From a virus (Duplodnaviria; Heunggongvirae; Uroviricota; Caudoviricetes), in IMG/VR virus record IMGVR_UViG_3300032294_001260: DNA of 64,000 nt; one strand, 5' to 3'. The position numbers and the translations under genes are program-made. Shown here in pieces: positions 10,152-18,063 of this stretch. Within the stretch, counting starts at the first letter, position 1. Every line of letters starts with the position of its first letter. The notes beneath the pieces were generated by a model, which was given only the letters and a program-made list of their open reading frames with translations, did no database searches and had not been told where the DNA came from.

Positions 10152-10640
10152 CTAATCCCACAAGTTGGAATAATACTTCCCAAACAAACGGAAACCGTTC
10201 TTCTTTCTGTCGTAGTATGCCTTGGATTTTGCCTCGTCATACTCACCCTTCGTGACGGTGACCATTTCTGAGTGATCAGAACCTTCTACCTTCACCCACT
10301 TGTACTTTGGTCGCTTGATCCAGAAGTTTGGCTCACGATCTTTTGAGTGTTCACCGAAAGCCCAGATCATTTCCTTCATGATCCAATCCCAACGCTTGAA
10401 GTGAAACTCATCTGTATCCCAATCGTTTTTCTTTGGCTTGGCGGCAGTTGAACGGAGATGTTCGGGAACATCTTCATCGTCGGTGCAAGGCGCACCGTGA
10501 CTGGTTTTGTGCAACTGCTTGAGCATCGGATGAATGATGTCCGCGAGAGTGCTGTCCATGTTCCATGTGTCCCATGGATCAATTTTAATGGACTTCTTTT
10601 GCTTACCCTTGTTGGGGTATTTGCCGATAGAAATTTTCAT
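10152..10640 (-). CDS. Conserved phage hypothetical protein
   Basis: DPWDTWNMDSTLADIIHPMLKQL...WDWIMKEMIWAF...GFRLFGKYYSNLWD. Confidence 0.75.
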   Translation of the reverse strand: MKISIGKYPNKGKQKKSIKIDPWDTWNMDSTLADIIHPMLKQLHKTSHGAPCTDDEDVPEHLRSTAAKPKKNDWDTDEFHFKRWDWIMKEMIWAFGEHSKDREPNFWIKRPKYKWVKVEGSDHSEMVTVTKGEYDEAKSKAYYDRKKNGFRLFGKYYSNLWD

Positions 10641-10803
10641 TATTTTTCACCTCACGTGTTTTACATTCTTCAATAATACGCTGCTTTTCTATTATATAGG
10701 GTAACTTTATCCAATCATTTATCTCTTTCAATGTTCGAAAACACCCAACGCAATATTCGCGTTGGGTGTCGAGAGTGCAGATACCTTTACACGGACTTAT
10801 CAT
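10603..10803 (-). CDS. DUF1289-like Cys-rich (putative Fe-S/Zn) protein
   Basis: SPCKGICTLD...CVGCFRTLKEINDW matches the DUF1289 pattern. Confidence 0.75.
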   Translation of the reverse strand: MISPCKGICTLDTQREYCVGCFRTLKEINDWIKLPYIIEKQRIIEECKTREVKNNENFYRQIPQQG

Positions 10804-11011
10804 CTGTCTCTTTCAATTCTTCTCTGTATCTAGTGAGATTAAACGTGTAACAAGCCCTCGCAAAAAATCCCACTGTTGTTAACAAAAGTAGCCAGATCAT
10901 CACTTCAACACTAGTAACCGTCAAAAAAACAAAACCCGCTATAGCAAATGCGGTGCACAGCCCCAACATTTTTGCGGTTTCAATCAAAGCCTTCTTTTCG
11001 GCAGTAGTCAT
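10787..11011 (-). CDS. Small membrane protein
   Basis: Two hydrophobic segments; GGAG RBS upstream. Confidence 0.6.
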   Translation of the reverse strand: MTTAEKKALIETAKMLGLCTAFAIAGFVFLTVTSVEVMIWLLLLTTVGFFARACYTFNLTRYREELKETDDKSV

Positions 11012-11060
11012 ATATAGTCTCCTAAATTTTAACCACGACGCATTCTCGTAGAATCACTCG

Positions 11061-11399
11061 TTACAGGAACTTCCACGGGAACTTCCATTTAGATTTACTC
11101 TTTACAGGAACATCAATCTCATCAATTACATCATGAATTTCTACAAACCCGTCAAAATAAATTTTATCGGCTGCTTCTCTGGCTTCTTTTTCACTTGAGT
11201 GATGAGATGCAGTAGGCCAAGTTTTATGTAAAATATCATTTTTGTCTATATATTTTTGCGTTACTGGGATATATTTAACGCACCAGAATTTATCAGTCGC
11301 TCTCATAAAGTCTGTTCCGATATGAGAAGCCAAATCTACACAAACTTTACGGACATAAACTTTTTTCTTTTTTTTGTTTGTAAACGGTCCATTTTCCAT
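11061..11399 (-). CDS. Hypothetical protein
   Basis: 112-aa ORF, operon-packed. Confidence 0.55.
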   Translation of the reverse strand: MENGPFTNKKKKKVYVRKVCVDLASHIGTDFMRATDKFWCVKYIPVTQKYIDKNDILHKTWPTASHHSSEKEAREAADKIYFDGFVEIHDVIDEIDVPVKSKSKWKFPWKFL

Positions 11400-11412
11400 A
11401 ATTTATTGACAC

Positions 11413-11610
11413 TCAGTTAAAAGTATGCCTATCAATATGCCCGACGTACCAAAGATTGATCTTTGATACCATGCCTTTAAGTTCATCTCCACAGTCAGAA
11501 GTATTTACAGCATGACTGATGTTCTTGACGAACTCTCGAAGAACACGCAGTTCTTCTGATGTGCCAACTGGATGGACTTCAAAATCGCCGTAACTTTGAC
11601 TCATAATCAA
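11413..11610 (-). CDS. Hypothetical protein
   Basis: 65-aa ORF; ATGA overlap; GAGG RBS. Confidence 0.6.
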   Translation of the reverse strand: MIMSQSYGDFEVHPVGTSEELRVLREFVKNISHAVNTSDCGDELKGMVSKINLWYVGHIDRHTFN

Positions 11611-11768
11611 CCCCTCTTATCACGCAAAGAAGAAACCGCATCCTCGCAAATTTTTATTCCATTACGAAGAGCCTCATATATTCGATTCAGATGATAGTTG
11701 ACGACGAGTAGAGACACCGAAGTCAATGAAAGAAGAATTACAGTCAATGAAAGTAGTACGATATCCAT
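11607..11768 (-). CDS. Small single-TM protein
   Basis: Start MDIVLLSLTVILL at 11768 overlaps the upstream stop; GGAG RBS. Confidence 0.5.
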   Translation of the reverse strand: MDIVLLSLTVILLSLTSVSLLVVNYHLNRIYEALRNGIKICEDAVSSLRDKRG

Positions 11769-11989
11769 TATACCTTCTCCACGAGTTTTGAAAGTGTGTA
11801 ATCTGCAATCTTTGCTCGAATCATCGTAGGAATATCCGTGAAAGGATCTTCCAAGAAATAAGAGCAACCTTCCGTCCAATTATTATACTTTACAAACTTC
11901 GCAAAGTCAATCATATGCTTGCGATTGCGAGGATTGAACTTCACCCTCTCCTTCGGAGCAAGAACAGATCGTCGATATTCATTTGTCAT
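11768..11989 (-). CDS. Conserved phage hypothetical protein
   Basis: RVKFNPRNRKHM...CSYFLEDPFTDIPTMI. Confidence 0.65.
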   Translation of the reverse strand: MTNEYRRSVLAPKERVKFNPRNRKHMIDFAKFVKYNNWTEGCSYFLEDPFTDIPTMIRAKIADYTLSKLVEKV

Positions 11990-12004
11990 TGTATTAACAC
12001 CTTC

Positions 12005-12286
12005 TTAAATGCTATTAAGTTTTCTCTTCGCGAAACCCACTACATCTTCAACATCACCAGATGAAATGCTTTCAAGTGCTTTGAAAAGTGTGTCATAGTT
12101 CTGCTGCAACTTTATGTATTTCCGCTCAACCTCTTGAAGAGTTCTAACTTGTGTTTTGAACTGCTCAAGATTGTCGTAAATGACAGATTGACGATCAACC
12201 AAGGTTTTATTGTCTTTCTCAAGACGATCAATTTGCTGATTGAGTCTTGAGATAACTATATCTTTTTCATCCAACAAACGGCTCAT
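12005..12286 (-). CDS. Coiled-coil hypothetical protein
   Basis: Heptad-like 93-aa ORF. Confidence 0.6.
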   Translation of the reverse strand: MSRLLDEKDIVISRLNQQIDRLEKDNKTLVDRQSVIYDNLEQFKTQVRTLQEVERKYIKLQQNYDTLFKALESISSGDVEDVVGFAKRKLNSI

Positions 12287-12490
12287 TTAATTGTCCTCTA
12301 ATTCAACTATTCGAAATGGAATATAAGTTTCGACTGTTAATTTGCACTCATAACAGTGGTGTCGAGAAATTGATCGCCCAGTCAGTCCATGTTCGAACAC
12401 AACTTCCTCATCGGGGTCGTAACCGTGAAACTCGTGGCGAGGCGAAAAGGAATACATCACGATCACGAAGTTGCAGCGGGGACAGTTCAT
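12287..12490 (-). CDS. Zn-ribbon mini-protein
   Basis: MNCPRC...HCYECK; ATGA overlap at 12487-12490. Confidence 0.6.
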   Translation of the reverse strand: MNCPRCNFVIVMYSFSPRHEFHGYDPDEEVVFEHGLTGRSISRHHCYECKLTVETYIPFRIVELEDN

Positions 12491-12732
12491 TGACCCCTCG
12501 CACGGATGGCGACGACGCATTCAAGAGCGGTTCCTGTCTCAAGCCCTTTCCTGGAATTCCACACGTTGTCGCATACCTTCTCACACGCCTCCCGCTCCTT
12601 CTTCCGCTCAACCTCAGTCACTCGGTCGATCAGGTAGCGCAATTGGTTCGGTGCTAGCGGGTAATGAAAATCCTCTGTCGGCACCACCTTGAATGCCTCC
12701 AACATCAACACCTTCAGTTCATCGTCACTCAC
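12487..12732 (-). CDS. Mini-gene, EREAC/AIRAR family
   Basis: KEREACEKVCD...VAIRARGQ; GTGA overlap. Confidence 0.65.
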   Translation of the reverse strand: MSDDELKVLMLEAFKVVPTEDFHYPLAPNQLRYLIDRVTEVERKKEREACEKVCDNVWNSRKGLETGTALECVVAIRARGQ

Positions 12733-12998
12733 GGCTTCGCCTCCTCCGCTCTAGCGATGCGCTCAATCGCAAATTTTGCCCACATTTCTGCATCCACCAA
12801 CGAAGCCGCAGCCCTCGCCGCCGCCCACGCCGCCGCCCACGCCGCCCAATCCGTGTCCCCCGCCGCTGCCCCCGCCGCCGTAGCCGACTCTGGTGTGCGC
12901 TCTCGGCACATCTCGCGCCACTCAAGACCATAGCCGCGAGCGTCGGCAATCGGCTGATGCGCTTCCAGCGCCGCCCACATTTCGTCAAGGTCGGTCAT
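12729..12998 (-). CDS. Mini-gene, DLDEMW Ala-rich family
   Basis: MTDLDEMWAALEAHQPIADARGYG...MCRERTP...AAWAAAWAAA. Confidence 0.7.
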   Translation of the reverse strand: MTDLDEMWAALEAHQPIADARGYGLEWREMCRERTPESATAAGAAAGDTDWAAWAAAWAAARAAASLVDAEMWAKFAIERIARAEEAKP

Positions 12999-13138
12999 GA
13001 TTTCTTCTTCCTTTCTTTCTTGTAGTAATCGTTGAGTGTTTTTTCCCATTGCTCGGGTGTCGGGTCGCGAAAATACCCTTTCGGGGGGTTTGAATTGCGA
13101 CCTCTTTTAAAGTCAAAATACGCTGCTCTAAAACTCAT
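12995..13138 (-). CDS. 47-aa basic mini-protein (not in ORF track)
   Basis: MSFRAAYFDFKRGRNSNPPKGYFRDPTPEQWEKTLNDYYKKERKKKS; ATGA overlaps at both ends. Confidence 0.55.
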   Translation of the reverse strand: MSFRAAYFDFKRGRNSNPPKGYFRDPTPEQWEKTLNDYYKKERKKKS

Positions 13139-13209
13139 AATTTTTTAACTTCTTTAGCAAAGGGCTGATGCTTTTCAAGACGCGCCCACATTTCGTCAAG
13201 GGTGCTCAT
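13135..13209 (-). pseudogene. Truncated 24-aa copy of the DLDEMW family
   Basis: MSTLDEMWARLEKHQPFAKEVKKL*; first 17 codons match the family, then it diverges; ATGA-coupled on both sides. Confidence 0.65.
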
Positions 13210-13472
13210 TCGCTTTTCCTCGCACGGATGGCGGCGGCTAAATCAGTTAGCGCAGAAAAACACTCTCTTTGGGCGTCATCCCACGCCCGACCACCATTCG
13301 GTCTCATTGATTCAGCCATTAGCGCACACGCCTCCCGCTCGGTCTCTGCGACAAGGGCGGCGAACCGTTCAAGTTCTGACTGCCCCGCAGTCCAGTAATT
13401 GTTGTAAAGGAACTCCGTCGGCTCGGCCATTCCCGCCTCCCGCGCCAGTCGGATTACATCTTCATTATTCAT
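13206..13472 (-). CDS. Mini-gene, EREAC/AIRAR family
   Basis: DVIRLAREAG...LERFAALVAETEREAC...AAAIRARKSE. Confidence 0.7.
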   Translation of the reverse strand: MNNEDVIRLAREAGMAEPTEFLYNNYWTAGQSELERFAALVAETEREACALMAESMRPNGGRAWDDAQRECFSALTDLAAAIRARKSE

Positions 13473-13684
13473 TTACTTTCTCCCCCTGCACGGATAGCGG
13501 CGGCGATGCACCGCCCGTAATTCGTTTCGGGATGGGCGGTGTCCCATGCATCGGACACCTTTGCACACGCCTCGCGCTCGGCCTTTGCAACAAGGGCGGC
13601 GAAACGATGAAGTGATTCGGCGCTGTAAGCATCATCAGCAGACCAAACCTCTTGCGCCAGTCGGATAATGTCGTCGCGGGTCAT
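13469..13684 (-). CDS. Mini-gene, EREAC/AIRAR family
   Basis: MTRDDIIRLAQEV...AEREACAKV...AAAIRAGGESK. Confidence 0.7.
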   Translation of the reverse strand: MTRDDIIRLAQEVWSADDAYSAESLHRFAALVAKAEREACAKVSDAWDTAHPETNYGRCIAAAIRAGGESK

Positions 13685-13914
13685 GTCTCCCCCCTCGCAC
13701 GGATAGCGGCAGCGCAGTCTGCAATAGCAGCCAACAACATAACTTCCTCTTGTATAGGTCGGGTTTGGCGCAAATACTCATCTCGCAAATTTTCTTCACA
13801 CACCTTCGCACACCCCTCCCGCTCGGCTGCGACAGCAAGATCAACCTGTTCAACAATCAGATCAACCTGCCAGCCTGCAATCTCTGGGCATAGTTTTTTA
13901 ATCCAGTCTTTCAT
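13681..13914 (-). CDS. Mini-gene, EREAC/AIRAR family
   Basis: MKDWIKK...AEREGCAKVC...AAAIRARGET; ATGA overlaps. Confidence 0.65.
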   Translation of the reverse strand: MKDWIKKLCPEIAGWQVDLIVEQVDLAVAAEREGCAKVCEENLRDEYLRQTRPIQEEVMLLAAIADCAAAIRARGET

Positions 13915-14135
13915 TTGCTTTCTCCCCTCGCACGGATGGCGTCGGCGCAATAAATCGGATCAGGGCTGCGCGGCTCAAATACAAACTCCTTTGATATCCT
14001 TTCGCACACCTCAGCACACGCCTCCCGCTCGGCTGCGGCAACTAGGGTGGCGAAACGATGAAGTGATTCGGCGCTGTAAGCATCATCAGCAGACCAAACC
14101 TCTTGCGCCAGTCGGATAATGTCGTCGCGGGTCAT
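13911..14135 (-). CDS. Mini-gene, EREAC/AIRAR family
   Basis: First 87 nt identical to those of 13469-13684; ends DAIRARGESK. Confidence 0.7.
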   Translation of the reverse strand: MTRDDIIRLAQEVWSADDAYSAESLHRFATLVAAAEREACAEVCERISKEFVFEPRSPDPIYCADAIRARGESK

Positions 14136-14167
14136 TTACTTTCTCCCCTTGCTTTGAAATAACTCAT
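14132..14167 (-). pseudogene. Vestigial 11-codon cassette MSYFKARGESK*
   Basis: Retains only the GGGGAGAAAGTAAATGA junction shared with 13469 and 13911. Confidence 0.5.
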
Positions 14168-14181
14168 TAGAATGTGACCTC

Positions 14182-14679
14182 TTAAGACCCTGTACGGAGG
14201 AAAAGGTACTCGCTTCCCTGTGCAAAGCCTTCAATGAACACATGGTGGTTGTCACCACTCTGCTTGATCGCAGCATCAGCAGCAACCCAAAGATCAGCCC
14301 AAGTTATGCCCGCAATGGGAACATATACAGGTTTTTCACCGAAGTGATCCTTGTACACAAGAGTCTGCGCACCTCGGTAGGGGTGCGGAGAATTCAAATC
14401 GTCAACTTCAAACATGCTCCAGATAGTGGAGAGTCCGAGTTTATCACCCACATCATCGTAATGATCACTCTTCGTAAACTCATCATCGTCGTCGGAATCA
14501 TCATCCAGATCATAAGATCTATCCAGATCATAAGATAGTTCGCCGAGTTCATGTGCAGCAAGAATCTCATGAACCTGTAGGACCGAAATACCAACAGATT
14601 TGGCAATCTCAATCTCATTCATGCCATCTTTGCGATACATCTCGATGACGTCAATTTCAATTGTACTCCAATGCCTCAT
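14182..14679 (-). CDS. Hypothetical protein: HTH-like N-terminus, acidic linker, second domain
   Basis: EIEIAKSVGISVLQVHEIL; YDLDRSYDLDDDSDDDDE; C-terminal ITWADLWVAADAAIKQSGDNHHVFIEGF. Confidence 0.6.
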   Translation of the reverse strand: MRHWSTIEIDVIEMYRKDGMNEIEIAKSVGISVLQVHEILAAHELGELSYDLDRSYDLDDDSDDDDEFTKSDHYDDVGDKLGLSTIWSMFEVDDLNSPHPYRGAQTLVYKDHFGEKPVYVPIAGITWADLWVAADAAIKQSGDNHHVFIEGFAQGSEYLFLRTGS

Positions 14680-14903
14680 TAGAACGGCGCTCCATCAGTT
14701 TCGGGAATCCGATTCAAGTCTTCCTGCGTCTTGCGATCACCGATCACCAAGAGCAGATGACACGCACGCTCAAGACGTTCAGCAAAATCGTAACAGTTCT
14801 TGGCGCTCAGATCATACTGCGTCATCGTGTTCGCAAGAACATGATCGACACCGTTGACGAGATCAATTGCTTCAGAAAGCAGAGTTTCAGTTTGCTTCTT
14901 CAT
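14679..14903 (-). CDS. Hypothetical protein
   Basis: 74-aa ORF, AAGGA RBS. Confidence 0.6.
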   Translation of the reverse strand: MKKQTETLLSEAIDLVNGVDHVLANTMTQYDLSAKNCYDFAERLERACHLLLVIGDRKTQEDLNRIPETDGAPF

Positions 14904-14915
14904 GATATATATTCC

Positions 14916-15266
14916 TTATTGAGTGACCTTATACGGATTACACCACTTACCAATCGTGATTCCCATGTAGTACGCAGTATCGAAATAGTCGATCATGGCA
15001 TTGCTATTATCATACCAACCAGCGGATTTGAGCGCGGCAAACGCTTCAGCGAGGAAGTCTTTAGCAACACCTTCGAAGTCTTCGTGAAACCAATAGGGAT
15101 TGGCGTCCCTGCAGTCACTGCCAAAGTCAATCGGACCGCTCTGCAACGTGAGTGTAATCGCCATATGATTGCGGACACTCAGCGTACCTTTCATCCCGTA
15201 CTTCTTAAGCACGGGCTTGAGGTTAGCGGCGATGATCTTCTTGCGCTCTTGGTTCATGTATGCCAT
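14916..15266 (-). CDS. Conserved phage early protein
   Basis: MAYMNQERKKIIAANLKPVLKKYGMKGTLSVRNH; AAGGAG RBS; downstream of an IHF/sigma70 promoter. Confidence 0.75.
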   Translation of the reverse strand: MAYMNQERKKIIAANLKPVLKKYGMKGTLSVRNHMAITLTLQSGPIDFGSDCRDANPYWFHEDFEGVAKDFLAEAFAALKSAGWYDNSNAMIDYFDTAYYMGITIGKWCNPYKVTQ

Positions 15267-15301
15267 TTCGCAATCTCCTTAAATCTCTACCCTATAAGCC
15301 T

Positions 15302-15361
15302 ATTATGCCTAATAGATTGAAAAAATGCAACAGGAAAAACTCTAGGGAAATCAGTAACTTA
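15302..15361 (-). promoter_or_regulatory. IHF-box/sigma70 promoter module, copy 1
   Basis: IHF-like AATCAGTAACTTA 15349-61 (one mismatch), 18-nt gap, TTGCAT-17-CATAAT. Confidence 0.75.
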
Positions 15362-15533
15362 AGAGGACGCTCTGGAAAATCTGCAGAGCCTTTTCAAAAT
15401 TGGTGTCATTAAGGGCAATCTTTTTGCCCGTGTCGCGACATTCGATCTCGTATTGGTAATTGCCCACGTGCCACAGGGTGTGACGCGCACCAAACTTGTC
15501 GTTACCCGACTGAATGTATTGATAAGATTTCAT
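15351..15533 (-). CDS. Hypothetical protein
   Basis: 60-aa ORF MKSYQYIQSGNDKFGARHTLW. Confidence 0.55.
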   Translation of the reverse strand: MKSYQYIQSGNDKFGARHTLWHVGNYQYEIECRDTGKKIALNDTNFEKALQIFQSVLLSY

Positions 15534-15574
15534 AGAATTATGGTATCTCTTTCCACTGAATATGTCGATGTTTA

Positions 15575-15847
15575 TTAGGCAACCACCTGCACGCGAGGAG
15601 CGAGACCCTTTTCTGCAGCCCTGTCGTCACCGAAGTAGTAACCAGGGAGCGGGGCGATGAAAGTCGGACTCGTCTGCACCTCCGAGACCATTGTGTGATC
15701 CCACACACGCTTGATGGTGTTTGCCTTGAAAGTGAAGTCCGAGGCATTGATGTCAGTTACGATGCCGACATAGTAGCAGCCAGTGTCACCAACGAAGTCA
15801 AGAGACTTGACAACGTCACCAATCTTTACAGTGTTTTCGCTTTTCAT
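15575..15847 (-). CDS. Hypothetical protein, probably leaderless
   Basis: MKSENTVKIGDVVKSLDF; ATG 6 nt after the -10 box, no SD. Confidence 0.65.
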   Translation of the reverse strand: MKSENTVKIGDVVKSLDFVGDTGCYYVGIVTDINASDFTFKANTIKRVWDHTMVSEVQTSPTFIAPLPGYYFGDDRAAEKGLAPRVQVVA

Positions 15848-15913
15848 ATTATCATTATCGCTTTTTTCGGCGAAAAACGCAACAGGAAAAACTCTAGGGA
15901 AATCAATAACTTA
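15845..15913 (-). promoter_or_regulatory. IHF-box/sigma70 promoter module, copy 2
   Basis: AATCAATAACTTA 15901-13, 18-nt gap, TTGCGT-17-GATAAT, 6 nt, ATGAAAA. Confidence 0.8.
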
Positions 15914-16483
15914 TCAAACGAACTTGTTACCTTCAAACCACGCAACCAGACTATATCTCTTGCCCCTTGTAACGGGAGTCAGTCTGTGATAGACGAATGA
16001 TGGGAATGTAATGACAGTTCCCTGTTGTCTAATTTCTGACGGATCTGGAACGTCGGTTAGGTTTTCTAGTACAAGATCGCCACCTTCATAAGTTGATGGG
16101 TCGGTCAACTGTAAAACAAGCGACAGTTTGCGGTGGCGATCTGTTGGGTTCAACCAAAATATATCCTGATGAGACTTATATTCACCCTGATACGACTCAT
16201 CGTACTCTGTAAATTGTAGTGGCGGTAGAGTGTGGAGATTGAATTTGTACCAGTCTGAATTTATGCTCAGTGCAATCTTCCAAAACTCGTCGAATACCCA
16301 ATCGAGGTGTGGATTTTCTTGATGAATCCATCTAATTTTTGATCTTCGGAATTCGGTATCTGTAACCGCATTACTGTAACCGATGACAGAGTCTTCGACT
16401 GGAAGATCCAGCGCGTGCTTTATTATTCTATTACAGTCTTCTACACAGAAATAATTTTTATTGTAAACCCATTCACCTTTCAT
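15914..16483 (-). CDS. 2OG-Fe(II) oxygenase (PKHD/P4H-like)
   Basis: YKSHQD (HxD), RKLSLVLQL, YEGGDL, FPSFVYHRLTPVTRGKRYSLVAW. Confidence 0.9.
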   Translation of the reverse strand: MKGEWVYNKNYFCVEDCNRIIKHALDLPVEDSVIGYSNAVTDTEFRRSKIRWIHQENPHLDWVFDEFWKIALSINSDWYKFNLHTLPPLQFTEYDESYQGEYKSHQDIFWLNPTDRHRKLSLVLQLTDPSTYEGGDLVLENLTDVPDPSEIRQQGTVITFPSFVYHRLTPVTRGKRYSLVAWFEGNKFV

Positions 16484-16492
16484 AGCATATAC

Positions 16493-16972
16493 CTACGGTT
16501 CTAAGTTACCTACTTCTATATATCTAACTTTAACACCAGCCTCATGAAGCATAGTTTCAGCGTGGTCGATTGAATAGTGCTTCCCCGCACCCTTACCCGA
16601 AAACGTTCGGTTCGGTCCTATGACCTCTTTAATGCCCGCCTGAATCAATGCGCGTGTGCAATCAGCACAAGGTTTCGGTTCCCAGTTTAGATATGCCTTT
16701 GAGTTGTTGAGCGAAACACCAACACGAGCAGCGTTGAAAATGGCATTACGCTCCGCGTGCTCAACCCAATGATATTTCTCTGGTCTCTGCCAACGGGCAT
16801 CAACGTGTTCGTCGATGCCTCTAGGAAAACCATTGAAACCCATCGAGAGAATCACATTGTCATCATTTACGATGACGCAGCCGACTTTCGTCGATGGGTC
16901 TTTGCTCTTTTGAGCGATCAATGCTGCCTGAAGAATGAATAGTTCATCCCACGATAGTTCATCACGAATCAT
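16493..16972 (-). CDS. cd: dCMP deaminase
   Basis: SKDPSTKVGCVIV, HAERNAI, PCADC. Confidence 0.92.
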   Translation of the reverse strand: MIRDELSWDELFILQAALIAQKSKDPSTKVGCVIVNDDNVILSMGFNGFPRGIDEHVDARWQRPEKYHWVEHAERNAIFNAARVGVSLNNSKAYLNWEPKPCADCTRALIQAGIKEVIGPNRTFSGKGAGKHYSIDHAETMLHEAGVKVRYIEVGNLEP

Positions 16973-16993
16973 AATATATTTTTTTCTCAGTTA

Positions 16994-17425
16994 TTACTTG
17001 ATTTGAATCTTACGAGGCTTTTGCTCATCGGGTATAACATTCTCAAGAAAAATCGAGAGAATACCGTCAGCAAGAGAAGCATCGCGAACCACAACAGTGT
17101 CAGACAGAACGAACTGACGCGAGAACATGCGACCAGCAATACCCTTTACGAGATAATTGCGATCATCGGTCTCCGCCTTTTTTCCTGTGACCTTCAAAGA
17201 ATTTTTTTCTGCTGTGATATCGATTTCATCTAGTTTGTATCCAGCAACAGCAAGTTCGACCGTGAATGTGTATTCGCCAGTCTTAACGATGTTTACGGGT
17301 GGAAAGGCAGATGCGCCAGTAGTCACTAGATGGGCTGCGTTATCAAGGGCTGCAAAGACATTTTCAAAGCCCAGTAGCGATGGAAGATAACGCTCATAGT
17401 TTACAGATGATAGTGCATTAGTCAT
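16994..17425 (-). CDS. Small heat-shock protein Hsp20 (IbpA-like)
   Basis: FPPVNI, VELAVAGY, YLVKGIAGRMFSRQFVL, ASLADGILSIFLE. Confidence 0.92.
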   Translation of the reverse strand: MTNALSSVNYERYLPSLLGFENVFAALDNAAHLVTTGASAFPPVNIVKTGEYTFTVELAVAGYKLDEIDITAEKNSLKVTGKKAETDDRNYLVKGIAGRMFSRQFVLSDTVVVRDASLADGILSIFLENVIPDEQKPRKIQIK

Positions 17426-17485
17426 TTTAATACTCCTTAGTAAGCAAGTTTAACAATTTGGAACCCCATATGGGCATTCCACCAT

Positions 17486-17493
17486 TATTTATA
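17486..17493 (-). promoter_or_regulatory. T4-type late promoter upstream of hsp20
   Basis: TATAAATA immediately after the dUTPase stop; gp55 is encoded in the window. Confidence 0.6.
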
Positions 17494-18060
17494 TCAGTTT
17501 GTGCCCGTACTACCGAAACCACCAGTTCTTTCTGAATGTTTTTTCGGTTTTTCTTGAACGACTGTAAAAGTTACGGTTTCATTGGACACAACCTCAGCCT
17601 GAGCGATGCGATCCCCGCGTCGAATTACATTATGCATCTTGGATATATTGGTCAAAAGAACAAAAACTTCTTCTTGATAGTCAACATCCACAATACCTTC
17701 GCTATTAGCCAAGACCAGCCCCTTTTTGAGCGCCAGCCCAGATCGAGGGTGAAGGCGGATGCTGTAATTTTGCAGGGTGTTAGAATTTGAGAATTTTGTG
17801 ATATCCGCAAAAGTTTCAATGGTCACGGGTTGTTCAATTTTAAAGATCAACCCAGTAGGAATCAGCAAACGATCCCCTGGATAAATATACACTTCTCCGA
17901 TTGCATTCACATCTCTTTGAATTGGTGCATTGAAACAGTCATAACCACTTACAACGTTCGATAACGGCTGAAAAGATAGATCAAAGCACGCCGCCATTGT
18001 CGTCCCGTAAGTAGGCAATTCAACTCTGTCATGAGTTCTATGAACGTTCACTGTAATCAT
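17494..18060 (-). CDS. dut: Trimeric dUTPase
   Basis: ACFDL, LIPTGL, PRSGLA, EGIVDVDY, GDRIAQ, RTGGFGSTG. Confidence 0.93.
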   Translation of the reverse strand: MITVNVHRTHDRVELPTYGTTMAACFDLSFQPLSNVVSGYDCFNAPIQRDVNAIGEVYIYPGDRLLIPTGLIFKIEQPVTIETFADITKFSNSNTLQNYSIRLHPRSGLALKKGLVLANSEGIVDVDYQEEVFVLLTNISKMHNVIRRGDRIAQAEVVSNETVTFTVVQEKPKKHSERTGGFGSTGTN

Positions 18061-18063
18061 ATT

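Larger units (their letters stand above)
13598..14135. repeat. 87-bp exact direct repeat (13598-13684 = 14049-14135)
   Basis: Direct comparison: ggcgaaacgatgaagtgattcggcgc...gtcgtcgcgggtcat. Confidence 0.9.

Noticed and set aside
13055-13110. Stem-loop GGTCGC...GCGACC as an intergenic RNA
   Set aside because: Lies within a 47-codon ORF coupled by ATGA at both ends; no independent support
12316-14119. Arg/Pro-rich alternative-frame and plus-strand ORFs in the first GC-rich array
   Set aside because: By-products of GCG/GCC-rich Ala codons; the Ala frames carry the family motifs and ATGA coupling
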